A DNA stretch of 64,000 nt from IMG/VR virus record IMGVR_UViG_3300032236_001024, positions 96,001 to 160,000 of that record. One strand, written 5' to 3'. Shown one piece after another: positions 47,726 through 56,936 of this stretch (position 1 is the first letter of the stretch; every line of letters starts with the position of its first letter). Both the position numbers and the translations under genes were made by a program. Origin of the DNA: a virus (Duplodnaviria > Caudoviricetes). The notes beneath the pieces are model-generated. The model was not told the origin of the DNA. It did not search any database and was given only the letters and a program-made list of their open reading frames with translations.

Positions 47726-48414
47726 TATTTAAATGCTCCAATATTTGCTTCTTCAATTCCTCTACTAAACTTTCGAGTCATTTCAACAAGAGGTTCTTTT
47801 TCGAACACAACCATACTATCATAAAATGATATTCCAGACAAGCCAGTTGACATATTCTTTTTTTGTTCAATTTGACCATGACCATCACGCATATGGTTGT
47901 AATTAAGTACATCGACAAAATTTTTACTATACTCATTGAATGACATTAGATTTTTATATCCACCGCCAAATTCACCCCAATAACTTGTATGTGTATCTTC
48001 ACATACATACACACCACCTTCATTTATTATGGGGAAAACTTTTTCAAATGTTGTGATCTGTTGATTCATCGTATGACCACCATCTTCAACAATAGCATCA
48101 ATATTACCAATCTCAGAAAGTGTTCTATCCCAAAAATCTTTAGATGATTGATCGCCAATAATAATTTTTATATTTGGATTGTCATATACCAATTCAGCAC
48201 ATTTTGGTTCAATATCAATACCATACAATTTACTTTCTGGACCAAAATACTTGGACCACATTTCAAGTGATCCACCATTTTGAACTCCAACCTCTACAAA
48301 TGTTATATTTTTTCCTTTAAATTTATGAAAATGTTTTTCATAAACATCGAAATACCTATCCCATTTATCAGAGAATTTATTCAATCCATAGAATATTTCT
48401 CTTAATGTACTCAT
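47725..48414 (-). CDS. class I SAM-dependent methyltransferase
   Basis: EVGVQNGGSL, GIDI, GDQS, EDGGH, YVCED. Confidence 0.8.
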   Translation of the reverse strand: MSTLREIFYGLNKFSDKWDRYFDVYEKHFHKFKGKNITFVEVGVQNGGSLEMWSKYFGPESKLYGIDIEPKCAELVYDNPNIKIIIGDQSSKDFWDRTLSEIGNIDAIVEDGGHTMNQQITTFEKVFPIINEGGVYVCEDTHTSYWGEFGGGYKNLMSFNEYSKNFVDVLNYNHMRDGHGQIEQKKNMSTGLSGISFYDSMVVFEKEPLVEMTRKFSRGIEEANIGAFK

Positions 48415-49451
48415 AGTTCAATCCATTCTTTATTTGCAAGAGACCAATCAACAACTTCTTGGATACGTTCCTTCAAAGTCAAACGAGGTTCCCAACCAAG
48501 CTGACGCATAAAATCACCATCCAAAGCATAACGAAGATCATGACCGGGGCGTGAAGTATGAAAGTCAACCATTTCATAATTAAGCTTCTTGCCTTGTGCA
48601 TCAGCAATATATGTAGCAAGCTGTAGATTATTAATTTCTTCCTTGCCAACAACATTAAACTTAGGGCACTTTGCATGACCATAATCAGGTGTATAAACAA
48701 TCTTCTTCTGTTCTTCATTTAAGTGAAGAAGAAAATACATTGCCTCTGCAACATCCTTAGCATGAATATAATAACGAGAACCGGGAATTGTCTTAGAAGA
48801 ATCTGAATGAATAGTAATAGTTTCTTCATCACGAACTTTACGGATACACATAGGAATAAACTTTTCTGGATGCTGACGCTCACCAAAAACGTTCATAGTA
48901 TGCGTAATAAAGATAGGAAGCTTATAAGTATTCTCATAAGCAACACAAAACTCTTCTGCAGCTGCTTTAGAAGCAGAATAAGGATTAGTAGAATTATACC
49001 TATCACGTTCCTTATATGAAACACCTGGAGGTGCAACACCAAAAATTTCATCTGTACTGAAATAAATGAACCGCTCTAGATTCTTTAATGTACGTGCAAA
49101 GTTAAGAATGTTTACAGTACCTACAGTATTGTCCATAACAAATTCCATGGGATGCGTAATAGAACGATCAACATGGCTACTAGCAGCAAGATGCAAGATT
49201 ACATTAACATCGCCAATGAAATTATTATTGATCTCTGTGATTTCTGCCTTAAGATCATGCCATACAATCTTGACTCTCTTACGAGTTTCAGCATCATACT
49301 GAGATACTACACTATGCAATCGGTTTAGATTACCAGAATAATCCAAACGATCTAATGTAACGATTTCCCAATCTGTCTTCTTAAGGAAAAGATCAATAAT
49401 GTGATGCCCAATAAACCCAGCACCACCAGTGATAAGAACACGCTTTGTCAT
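48411..49451 (-). CDS. dTDP-glucose 4,6-dehydratase-like NAD-dependent epimerase/dehydratase
   Basis: TGGAGFIG, HLAASSHVDRSI, STDE, YSASKA, RPGHDLRYALD. Confidence 0.88.
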   Translation of the reverse strand: MTKRVLITGGAGFIGHHIIDLFLKKTDWEIVTLDRLDYSGNLNRLHSVVSQYDAETRKRVKIVWHDLKAEITEINNNFIGDVNVILHLAASSHVDRSITHPMEFVMDNTVGTVNILNFARTLKNLERFIYFSTDEIFGVAPPGVSYKERDRYNSTNPYSASKAAAEEFCVAYENTYKLPIFITHTMNVFGERQHPEKFIPMCIRKVRDEETITIHSDSSKTIPGSRYYIHAKDVAEAMYFLLHLNEEQKKIVYTPDYGHAKCPKFNVVGKEEINNLQLATYIADAQGKKLNYEMVDFHTSRPGHDLRYALDGDFMRQLGWEPRLTLKERIQEVVDWSLANKEWIEL

Positions 49452-49476
49452 TTATTTCTCCATATTAAAATTTTTA

Positions 49477-50217
49477 TTATTCAGAATTGTCCTGAATTTT
49501 CCACGCTCGCAAAACTTCAACAGATTTCTTGTATTCGTAATTATAACCAAGCTTCTCTGTCATGTATTTAGGGAAGAATTCTTTGGTCAAATATTCCATT
49601 TCTTGATATGCTTCAGAATGATCATATGTACTTTCATCTGGTCGCATATGCTTCACAGTATTCTTATGTATAACATATGCAGTGGTTTGTAAATACTGAC
49701 ACCAAATTAAATCCAACCCCCAAACACCTTTTTTGAATTTATAATCAGCCAACAACCTTAAAAGTTTTCTAAAGTTATCATTCCTAAAGAATGGCATCCC
49801 ACATTCAATAAAATCTGTTTGTGTATAAAATAATTCTGGATTGTGTTGCATTAAAGGCCAATTTGACCATGATGTGACAGCTTGATGAAACATTCCAAAA
49901 TCATAGTGTCTAGCAATTGCTAATGCCTCATTCACTGATTGAATATCAGTAGCAAAATCATCATCAAAGCATCCAATATAATCGTAGTCTTCCCATTTAA
50001 TTATTTTAGATGCTTCTTCAATAATATTCCACTTCAAACCTTTACGGCGAATGATATAATCATATGTTCCCGGTTCTGGTTCAAAATCATTATATACTAT
50101 TGCACATGTATCGTATGTGCGTTCAGGTTTAGTAAATCTCCAATGATTATCCTTATCATAATCATCATCAAAAAATAACCCAGTTCCCAATGCAACAAAT
50201 ATTAATGCTCTATTCAT
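49477..50217 (-). CDS. DUF707-like GT-A fold protein
   Basis: DYIGCFDDD, TDFIECGMPFF, WGLD. Confidence 0.5.
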   Translation of the reverse strand: MNRALIFVALGTGLFFDDDYDKDNHWRFTKPERTYDTCAIVYNDFEPEPGTYDYIIRRKGLKWNIIEEASKIIKWEDYDYIGCFDDDFATDIQSVNEALAIARHYDFGMFHQAVTSWSNWPLMQHNPELFYTQTDFIECGMPFFRNDNFRKLLRLLADYKFKKGVWGLDLIWCQYLQTTAYVIHKNTVKHMRPDESTYDHSEAYQEMEYLTKEFFPKYMTEKLGYNYEYKKSVEVLRAWKIQDNSE

Positions 50218-50218
50218 A

Positions 50219-50926
50219 TTAAAACCCCGTTCTGTACGAGTTGTCAATTCTGATCTTATTTATCAAGGCTGGCATATCCCTGTTATATACAATTCCTTCT
50301 GCGTTCATCATAGGAACTGCTTCTGGAATAGTCGAAGTTGTTGTAGCATATGGCGTATGATGAAGAAGATTGGTAATTAAATAATTCTGATTCATCATAA
50401 AATACTGTGTATCATATACAAAATTATCGCCCCAACAAATATCTAAACCATCAATAATAGGAATCCAATTATTTCTATGAAGAAACATAAGCATTCCAAA
50501 TCCAAGATGTTCACGGAAATGATATGGGTTTGGGCTATGAACAATATCAATCGTTCCAGTCGTCACAGGAATTTGTGGTGTATCTTTAACACCGGGAGAA
50601 ATACCATACACTCCCCTATGAGGAGAAATATGAGGATAAATTCTATGAAACAACTTAAGATCAAATATCAAATCATCGCCATAAAGACAAATCTTATCAT
50701 ACTTTACTTCTGGTACAGCATAATTCCATGCTGGGTTTACATAAATGTTTTTCCCAAAAGTATGCATAGTGATATTAGGATGATTAAGAATTTCAATATT
50801 TGGTCTTTCTTCTGGGTTGTTATCAATAATAAAAATCTCACCCACATATGAGCTAGATAACATATCCCCAAGAAATTGATAAAATGGTTTATATTTCCAC
50901 ATTGTGGGTACAATAACACTAATCAT
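50219..50926 (-). CDS. GT2-like glycosyltransferase
   Basis: VIVPTMW, IIDN, YVNPAWN, GDD. Confidence 0.65.
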   Translation of the reverse strand: MISVIVPTMWKYKPFYQFLGDMLSSSYVGEIFIIDNNPEERPNIEILNHPNITMHTFGKNIYVNPAWNYAVPEVKYDKICLYGDDLIFDLKLFHRIYPHISPHRGVYGISPGVKDTPQIPVTTGTIDIVHSPNPYHFREHLGFGMLMFLHRNNWIPIIDGLDICWGDNFVYDTQYFMMNQNYLITNLLHHTPYATTTSTIPEAVPMMNAEGIVYNRDMPALINKIRIDNSYRTGF

Positions 50927-50935
50927 AATAACCTC

Positions 50936-51652
50936 TTAAAGACTGATTAAACCATGACCAAAAAATTTAGTTTCTTTAGTTCCAAATCTGCTTTCATTCA
51001 TTTGCTTATAATAATATCCATGCCAACTCAACTTACAAAAATACATCTTATTATTTCCAACAGCAAATGGAATTAATGTAGGATATGAAAGCATATACTT
51101 ACATACGCCTTCAACAACACTCATCCACCAATGATTAGTAATATCATCAATGATGACAACACCTTCATTGTGAATTAAATCACTAGCAATCTTTAAATCG
51201 TTGATTGTATGCTCTACTGTATGACCACCATCAACGGACATGAAACGAAGAGAACCAGCTGGAATAGTTTTTCTCATAATATCTTTGGAATCTGTAGAAT
51301 CTTCTTCAAGCAAGATAATATTATTTCCCTTATGCCTATCATACTTGATGATATTATCAGCGAACATATCCTTTCTTCCTTGACCAGAATTATCAATGTT
51401 CAAGTGTTGAAGATCAAATACATCTACAGCATATGACTTATATTTTTCTTCGATTGCTTGATTTAAGAGAAGGAAAAGTTTTCCATGATGAATACCAATT
51501 TCACATGCGCCGCCTTCTTTGTTTAGCGGCAAACTATCAAAATGGTCTACAATTTCTGCCACTCTTTCGTGACACCATCCCTCAACATTATTAAATCCAT
51601 TATTCACATAATTTTCAATATACTTATTATTAAAATTCATAATATACCTCAC
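50936..51652 (-). CDS. class I SAM-dependent methyltransferase
   Basis: EIGIHHGK, AVDVFD, SVDGGH, IIDD. Confidence 0.8.
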   Translation of the reverse strand: MRYIMNFNNKYIENYVNNGFNNVEGWCHERVAEIVDHFDSLPLNKEGGACEIGIHHGKLFLLLNQAIEEKYKSYAVDVFDLQHLNIDNSGQGRKDMFADNIIKYDRHKGNNIILLEEDSTDSKDIMRKTIPAGSLRFMSVDGGHTVEHTINDLKIASDLIHNEGVVIIDDITNHWWMSVVEGVCKYMLSYPTLIPFAVGNNKMYFCKLSWHGYYYKQMNESRFGTKETKFFGHGLISL

Positions 51653-51693
51653 TCATTTTCTTCATAATATACTATTATTTATGTAATGTCAAT

Positions 51694-51721
51694 AGGGGGT
51701 AGAATTGATTTCCTACCCCCT
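51694..51721 (-). terminator. hairpin terminator after autotransporter-like gene
   Basis: AGGGGGTAG/CTACCCCCT stem. Confidence 0.5.
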
Positions 51722-51730
51722 AAAGTATTA

Positions 51731-53761
51731 TTAAAATTTAATCTTCAATCCAACCATACCAACAGCGGCAGTATATTCCTTGCCTTTATCAAATCCACCA
51801 GTTAAATCAAAATATACATCCTTAAAGATTTCATTTTTAACAGAAGCACGAATTTGTCCTACTGTTTTGAAATCCTTAGATTGTGTTACTCTGGTTTCTA
51901 CACCAAACCAATCAATATCATATCTGACACCAACGTATGGAGTATAAGTGAATGAACTATCTTTTTCTGGAAGTGTTGAAAGAAGTGGTGAACCAGTTTC
52001 AACAGCTGATGAAATCATTGATTTATTCAATGTAACACCAACAAGTGGTCTGAATCCACTATAATCTTCTCCAGAATAAAAAGTAAAATCAGCATAATAG
52101 TTCTTTACTTTTACCTTGCTTGAGTTGGCAAGAGCAAAGATTGGAAGTGAAATTGATGTATTATAGTCAGTCACACCAAATCCAATAGATGCTTTTGTCC
52201 ATACTTCGCTTTGCTTGTTGAGAATATAAGCAGTAGCGCCATATGAATCAGAACCAGAAGTTGTGTTTAGATATTCATGACTATTTGACTTGTTAAATGT
52301 GCCAGCAATACCTAAAGTATTATTCTCAATTGTATTTTGAGCACCAAATCCAAGTGAACTATTACGAATTGTTCCACCAATCTTGGCATATCCCAATGAA
52401 GGAGTTGTCCATGCACCATCTTTTGTTGAAATTACATCAACTAAAAATGGATTAAAATTACGGACAGCAATCGCATCTTTTAATCCAGCTGCGGAAACAG
52501 AAGCAGTTTGATTGGAAGAAGTAGAACGAACAATATTATCTCTTACAGTAGTAACAATAACTTCATTAGTTGTCACTGGTGTTTGTACAACTACATTAGT
52601 AGTAGATGTAGTTACAACAGGAGTACCATCAGTAGAAGTTGTTGAATTATCAGAATATGTGGTTACTGTAACAGGTATTGTAGTTGTAGTTGTAGTTCTT
52701 GGAGTAGTAGCTGTAGTCACAACAGTAACTGGTGTAGTTGCTGTATTTACAACAGTTCTTGGTGTTGTTCCAACAACAGTAGTAGTTCTAGTTATATCAA
52801 TTGTCTTTGGTGTTTTAGCAGCAACATCACGATTACTTGATGTATATGTTGTTGGTGCAAGTGTTGTAGTTGATACTGTAGTAGTTATTCCTCTTGTAGT
52901 AGTAGAGGATGTAGTTGTAGTACCATTAGAAGAACTTGAAGATACTTTTGGTGTTCCAGCTGCAGTACTTACTACAGTTGGAGGTGGTGGTGTTCCAGTA
53001 TTACCGTTTTGAGCAGCTGCGCCATTACCATTAGCACTAATTGTTCCGCCAACAGTACCAGCAACAATACCCTTAATGATATCGTCGAGTGCAGTTACGT
53101 TTTGCTTTTGTGCAGTAGTAGCTGTTGCTGCGGTGCTGAAACGAGTAGAATCGAGCCAATTTGTATCAGCAACTGTAACAATAGTACCTGTTACACCTTG
53201 ACCAAGATTACCAGCACGACCAATCCATGACATACCAGAAACAGCACCAGCACCGTCAGAAATAAGTGGAATGCCTTGACTATTTACGATAGCAGAAACA
53301 GCTGCATAGTTAACAGTGATGCCAGCAGTCATATACTTTGTATTAACATTGCTGGATACATTGTTTGTCATAGCAGAATTTGCACCGATAGTGGTAGTTC
53401 CACCACCTAGATTAGTAATAAGTGCAGCAACTGAATTATTTCTTGCCTGACAACAACCAGGATTTTCAGTTACGAAATAAGCAAAACCGCCATTTGTAAC
53501 ATATGTCTGATACTTTGTTTGTTCACTAGCAGTCAAAGCAGCAGAATATCTTAAGTCCCAAACTTGTTGATATGTGCTTGTGGCAGTTGGAATTTGTGCA
53601 AGGTCTGTAGTTACAGTTACTGTATGACCAGCAGCTTCTAGTCTGCCCTTGACGTTATTAGTAACTTGATCGTATTGTGCATCGATAACAAGAACATTAT
53701 CGGCATATGCAGTTGTTATGAGTGCGAATAGCATAGCTATCGCAGTTAATATCTTTTTCAT
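51731..53761 (-). CDS. autotransporter-like surface protein with Thr-rich stalk
   Basis: Signal peptide, globular N-domain, about 170-aa T/V/P/S-rich linker, C-terminal beta-barrel ending LKIKF. Confidence 0.7.
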   Translation of the reverse strand: MKKILTAIAMLFALITTAYADNVLVIDAQYDQVTNNVKGRLEAAGHTVTVTTDLAQIPTATSTYQQVWDLRYSAALTASEQTKYQTYVTNGGFAYFVTENPGCCQARNNSVAALITNLGGGTTTIGANSAMTNNVSSNVNTKYMTAGITVNYAAVSAIVNSQGIPLISDGAGAVSGMSWIGRAGNLGQGVTGTIVTVADTNWLDSTRFSTAATATTAQKQNVTALDDIIKGIVAGTVGGTISANGNGAAAQNGNTGTPPPPTVVSTAAGTPKVSSSSSNGTTTTSSTTTRGITTTVSTTTLAPTTYTSSNRDVAAKTPKTIDITRTTTVVGTTPRTVVNTATTPVTVVTTATTPRTTTTTTIPVTVTTYSDNSTTSTDGTPVVTTSTTNVVVQTPVTTNEVIVTTVRDNIVRSTSSNQTASVSAAGLKDAIAVRNFNPFLVDVISTKDGAWTTPSLGYAKIGGTIRNSSLGFGAQNTIENNTLGIAGTFNKSNSHEYLNTTSGSDSYGATAYILNKQSEVWTKASIGFGVTDYNTSISLPIFALANSSKVKVKNYYADFTFYSGEDYSGFRPLVGVTLNKSMISSAVETGSPLLSTLPEKDSSFTYTPYVGVRYDIDWFGVETRVTQSKDFKTVGQIRASVKNEIFKDVYFDLTGGFDKGKEYTAAVGMVGLKIKF

Positions 53762-53820
53762 ATATTGCTCCTTATGATTGATACATATCAAATAATATCA
53801 TCACATCATAACGAACATAG

Positions 53821-53828
53821 TATTTATA
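53821..53828 (-). promoter_or_regulatory. T4-type late promoter
   Basis: TATAAATA upstream of autotransporter-like gene. Confidence 0.5.
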
Positions 53829-53833
53829 TAAGA

Positions 53834-53909
53834 TGGTAGTCCGTGACGGGATCGAACCGCCGACACTCTGCATGTAAAGCAGACGCTTCTACCTCTGAGC
53901 TAACGGACC
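53834..53909 (-). tRNA. tRNA-Val(TAC)
   Basis: Canonical cloverleaf with CCA. Confidence 0.92.
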
Positions 53910-53914
53910 AAATT

Positions 53915-54553
53915 TTACATTAACTTATCTACAAATTCTAAAAGCAATTGGTGATGTTCACCTTTATGCCAGAATTTATTTATATACTTATATTGATCTT
54001 CATACCAAAATTCTTCACTCTCTGGATGACAACCAATCAATCCTATATTACCCTGAATGATTGCCATTGGCTCATCATTAGAATATTTGGCTATAGTATC
54101 ATAATATCCAGACCCTGTAAAGGTGCAACCATCATAAAAGAACATTTTTTGTTTCTGACCTAGCCATTCTATATCAGCAACAGTTCCGTAACTTCGTTTT
54201 ATGTCAGATGTTGGACGCTTAATATATTGTACTGCGTCTACATCTTTAAGGAGATCAAAATATCTAGACCCAGCCCAATAAGCACCCATACAAATACCCA
54301 CATACCTGCCGCCTCCATCAACAAACGATGCAATTTTGTTAGCTTTAGTACGTGTAAAAAAATCGAAATAGGAATCAGAATCACCAATCCCACCAGGAAA
54401 AAGAATCCCATCAGACTCATTTAAAACCTCGTCCAGATCATCATTAATAGTAAATATTTTAATTTCATATTTTGGTGATAAAGATTTTATCATTCCATCA
54501 CAACATTGTCTGGAACATTCAGGATGATGCTGAAACAAAGCTATTCTTTTCAT
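53915..54553 (-). CDS. BPL_N / class I glutamine amidotransferase-like protein
   Basis: LFPGG, YVGICMGAY, GCHPE triad. Confidence 0.75.
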   Translation of the reverse strand: MKRIALFQHHPECSRQCCDGMIKSLSPKYEIKIFTINDDLDEVLNESDGILFPGGIGDSDSYFDFFTRTKANKIASFVDGGGRYVGICMGAYWAGSRYFDLLKDVDAVQYIKRPTSDIKRSYGTVADIEWLGQKQKMFFYDGCTFTGSGYYDTIAKYSNDEPMAIIQGNIGLIGCHPESEEFWYEDQYKYINKFWHKGEHHQLLLEFVDKLM

Positions 54554-54591
54554 GATATCTCCATCTTATGATGGTATTTATGATATTTATT

Positions 54592-54677
54592 TGGTGGGAA
54601 GAGATGGATTCGAACCAACTCACCTATAAGGAACGGTTTTACAGACCGTCGCATCTCTCCAACTATGCCGCCTTCCC
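54592..54677 (-). tRNA. tRNA-Tyr(GTA)
   Basis: ACGGT-CTGTAAA-ACCGT, long V arm, CCA. Confidence 0.88.
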
Positions 54678-54683
54678 ATAATA

Positions 54684-54759
54684 TGGTGCTGCCAGAGAGA
54701 TTCGAACTCCCGACAACCTGATTACTAATCAGGTGCTCTACCAACTGAGCTATGGCAGC
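54684..54759 (-). tRNA. tRNA-Thr(AGT)
   Basis: GCTGCCA/TGGCAGC acceptor, CCTGA-TTAGTAA-TCAGG, CCA. Confidence 0.88.
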
Positions 54760-54762
54760 ATT

Positions 54763-54891
54763 TTAGTGCAAAAAGAATGAAAGAAATGTAAGTACGAAAA
54801 TAGGCATCCAAAACAGGAAAGCTACAATTCTACTCACTTCAAAAGCAGCTTCTGCTTTTTTTATAAGATTATCTTTATCGTATACAAACAA
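54763..54891 (-). CDS. small membrane peptide (42 aa, TTG start)
   Basis: AGGAG RBS, C-terminal TM; the longer track ORF runs through a tRNA. Confidence 0.35.
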   Translation of the reverse strand: MFVYDKDNLIKKAEAAFEVSRIVAFLFWMPIFVLTFLSFFLH

Positions 54892-54910
54892 TTTCTTTAC
54901 TCCTAAATTT

Positions 54911-54987
54911 TGGTGCCCCAAGTTGGATTCGAACCAACAACCCTCAGTTTCTAAGACTGATACCTCTACCAATTGGGCTATAAGGGC
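54911..54987 (-). tRNA. tRNA-Leu(TAG), short variable loop
   Basis: TCAGT-CTTAGAA-ACTGA, TTCGAAT, CCA; one acceptor mismatch. Confidence 0.82.
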
Positions 54988-54991
54988 ATTA

Positions 54992-55819
54992 TTAGATATT
55001 TATACCATACTTTTCAAAGATTGTCAATACCTCTGGATCAATAGAATTTCTGTCTGCAGGTAAAAGAACATTGCCTCTGGTATCAGAAAAAACATCCTTA
55101 CCATTTTTAATATTATCAACAATATTGTTAATATCTCTTACTCGTTCACTATTAAATTCTTGATGTGAGTAAGTTATTATTTTATGTTGAATAGTTTCAG
55201 GTGATCCCCAGAAACTAAGATGCCAACCTCCACCATATATGAATGGTATCTGGTGTCCCCAACGACTTTCTCTTATCCATTGAGGACCATTTTGTTTTGC
55301 TATTCTATTTGTACAAAGAACAGTTCCAAAACAGTCGTTCTCTTGCAAATAGTTAAAATTGTAATAAAACATATCTTGTTTGAAGCCAATCATAGGATTG
55401 TATTCATAATCGATATGTTGTAATGCCATATCTATTCCATACTTGGAAGGAATTTCATCAGCATCACCTATTAATACAAGAGCATCATCTTCAAAAAATT
55501 CTAATGCCTTTGCAATATGATTCCTTTGATATTGCTCTACTGCCCAATATCCTGTATCTCGACTTCCTGGGTCTAGGGCATATTGTCGCAAAGAAAAATC
55601 ATAATTGTTTTTGTTTATAAAAACTGGATAATAAAATATCTTGTCAATATAATTTTTATATCTATTGATGTTGTCTAAAAAATTTAACGATTTATCAGCA
55701 CCATTAAAACTTATATTAGCCTCAACTATAATAAATTTATCAACTTTATCATATAGATATTCTAATCTACCTTCAAGTATATCATACTCAGTTGAAAACA
55801 TAAAACAATCAAGTAACAT
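54992..55819 (-). CDS. GT17-like N-acetylglucosaminyltransferase
   Basis: DCFMF..EYDIL..RL, FIIVEAN, QRNHI, GDADEIP, GGWHLSF. Confidence 0.8.
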   Translation of the reverse strand: MLLDCFMFSTEYDILEGRLEYLYDKVDKFIIVEANISFNGADKSLNFLDNINRYKNYIDKIFYYPVFINKNNYDFSLRQYALDPGSRDTGYWAVEQYQRNHIAKALEFFEDDALVLIGDADEIPSKYGIDMALQHIDYEYNPMIGFKQDMFYYNFNYLQENDCFGTVLCTNRIAKQNGPQWIRESRWGHQIPFIYGGGWHLSFWGSPETIQHKIITYSHQEFNSERVRDINNIVDNIKNGKDVFSDTRGNVLLPADRNSIDPEVLTIFEKYGINI

Positions 55820-55828
55820 ATTAAACCC

Positions 55829-56866
55829 TTATATCAATTCTTTAAGTTTATTTTCTAATGCATTTATTCTATTATCATGAATTTCATTTTTGTTTTGATC
55901 AGAAAGATTGCACAACTCAATTGTAATAAAATCAGATAAAACCTTTGAATCATAACCATTCGTATTATTTATAAGAGTGTTCATTCTATTTTTCATGTTA
56001 CAAAATTCATATACTAAATGTTCTGCATAAGGTCCAATCAATTCTCTTATCACATCTCTAGTAATATCTGGATTACTATAATTAAATGATTCAGTTCCAT
56101 ATATCGAATGATACAATCCAGCCAAAAGAACTTCATCAGAAACTTTATTCTTTCTGTTCTCCAAACTCAACATAGTGCCAAAAAGATGTTCGAAAAACGA
56201 TCTACCACTATGCTTCACATCAGAAGAAATTTTTGTGATGAACTTCATCTGTGGACATACAATAGCAGGATCAATAGTTTTAATAACAAGAACAGACCTT
56301 AACACTGTACATGCTCTTGATAATGGTCTAGAAGCATGAAGTGTCTTTGATTCAAATATAAAAACTTTACCCAATCTTGGTAGAACTGATGCTACAATCT
56401 CATTCGATTCATCAGTCTTCAAATTCTCATATATAACAGTTTCTCCACCCCAATCTATATTCCATGTTGGGTTGAGATAAATTACAGCTGTTTCAGAAAG
56501 AGCAGATTCGCCGTACTTTTTAATTATCCATGAATCATCTTGGTGAGCATATCCTTCAGTACCAAAAGTATATCCATTGATATACGTTCTATAAAATCCT
56601 CTAGAACCAATCACAGACTGAATGATCTGCCATATTTTATTAATCTCAGGATAATTATTCAGATAAGGAGTATCATTATGATCACATGGGATACGAGTGC
56701 TATTTGTTATAAGTAATTTATTCCAATGCCCCTGATCATATGACTTATTATTATTGGATCGCCATCCATATGTGAGACCAGTATTAACATACTTCCTGCG
56801 GACTGTATTAGTTAATTCTAGATCATCACCTTCCAATTGGAAGACAGCACTTTTTACACTGTTCAT
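55829..56866 (-). CDS. 2OG-Fe(II) oxygenase fused to HD-like domain
   Basis: HQD...WGGET...H...R; C-terminal HSGRSFFEHL...AGLYHSIYGTE. Confidence 0.75.
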   Translation of the reverse strand: MNSVKSAVFQLEGDDLELTNTVRRKYVNTGLTYGWRSNNNKSYDQGHWNKLLITNSTRIPCDHNDTPYLNNYPEINKIWQIIQSVIGSRGFYRTYINGYTFGTEGYAHQDDSWIIKKYGESALSETAVIYLNPTWNIDWGGETVIYENLKTDESNEIVASVLPRLGKVFIFESKTLHASRPLSRACTVLRSVLVIKTIDPAIVCPQMKFITKISSDVKHSGRSFFEHLFGTMLSLENRKNKVSDEVLLAGLYHSIYGTESFNYSNPDITRDVIRELIGPYAEHLVYEFCNMKNRMNTLINNTNGYDSKVLSDFITIELCNLSDQNKNEIHDNRINALENKLKELI

Positions 56867-56900
56867 ATATAATTCCTCATTTTCACCGTATTCGTATTTA

Positions 56901-56908
56901 TATAAATA
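56901..56908 (+). promoter_or_regulatory. T4-type late promoter
   Basis: TATAAATA upstream of Ntn-hydrolase gene. Confidence 0.55.
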
Positions 56909-56936
56909 TTTGAATAATCATATAGGGCAATCATAA

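Noticed and set aside
54550-54972. Track ORFs 54550-54744 and the long form of 54763-54972
   Set aside because: They are read-throughs of tRNA-Tyr, tRNA-Thr and tRNA-Leu genes
54911-54987. Amber suppressor tRNA / stop-codon recoding
   Set aside because: Anticodon TAG reads Leu CUA (a suppressor would be CTA); conserved genes such as nrdA, nrdB, thyX and rnh are intact under the standard code
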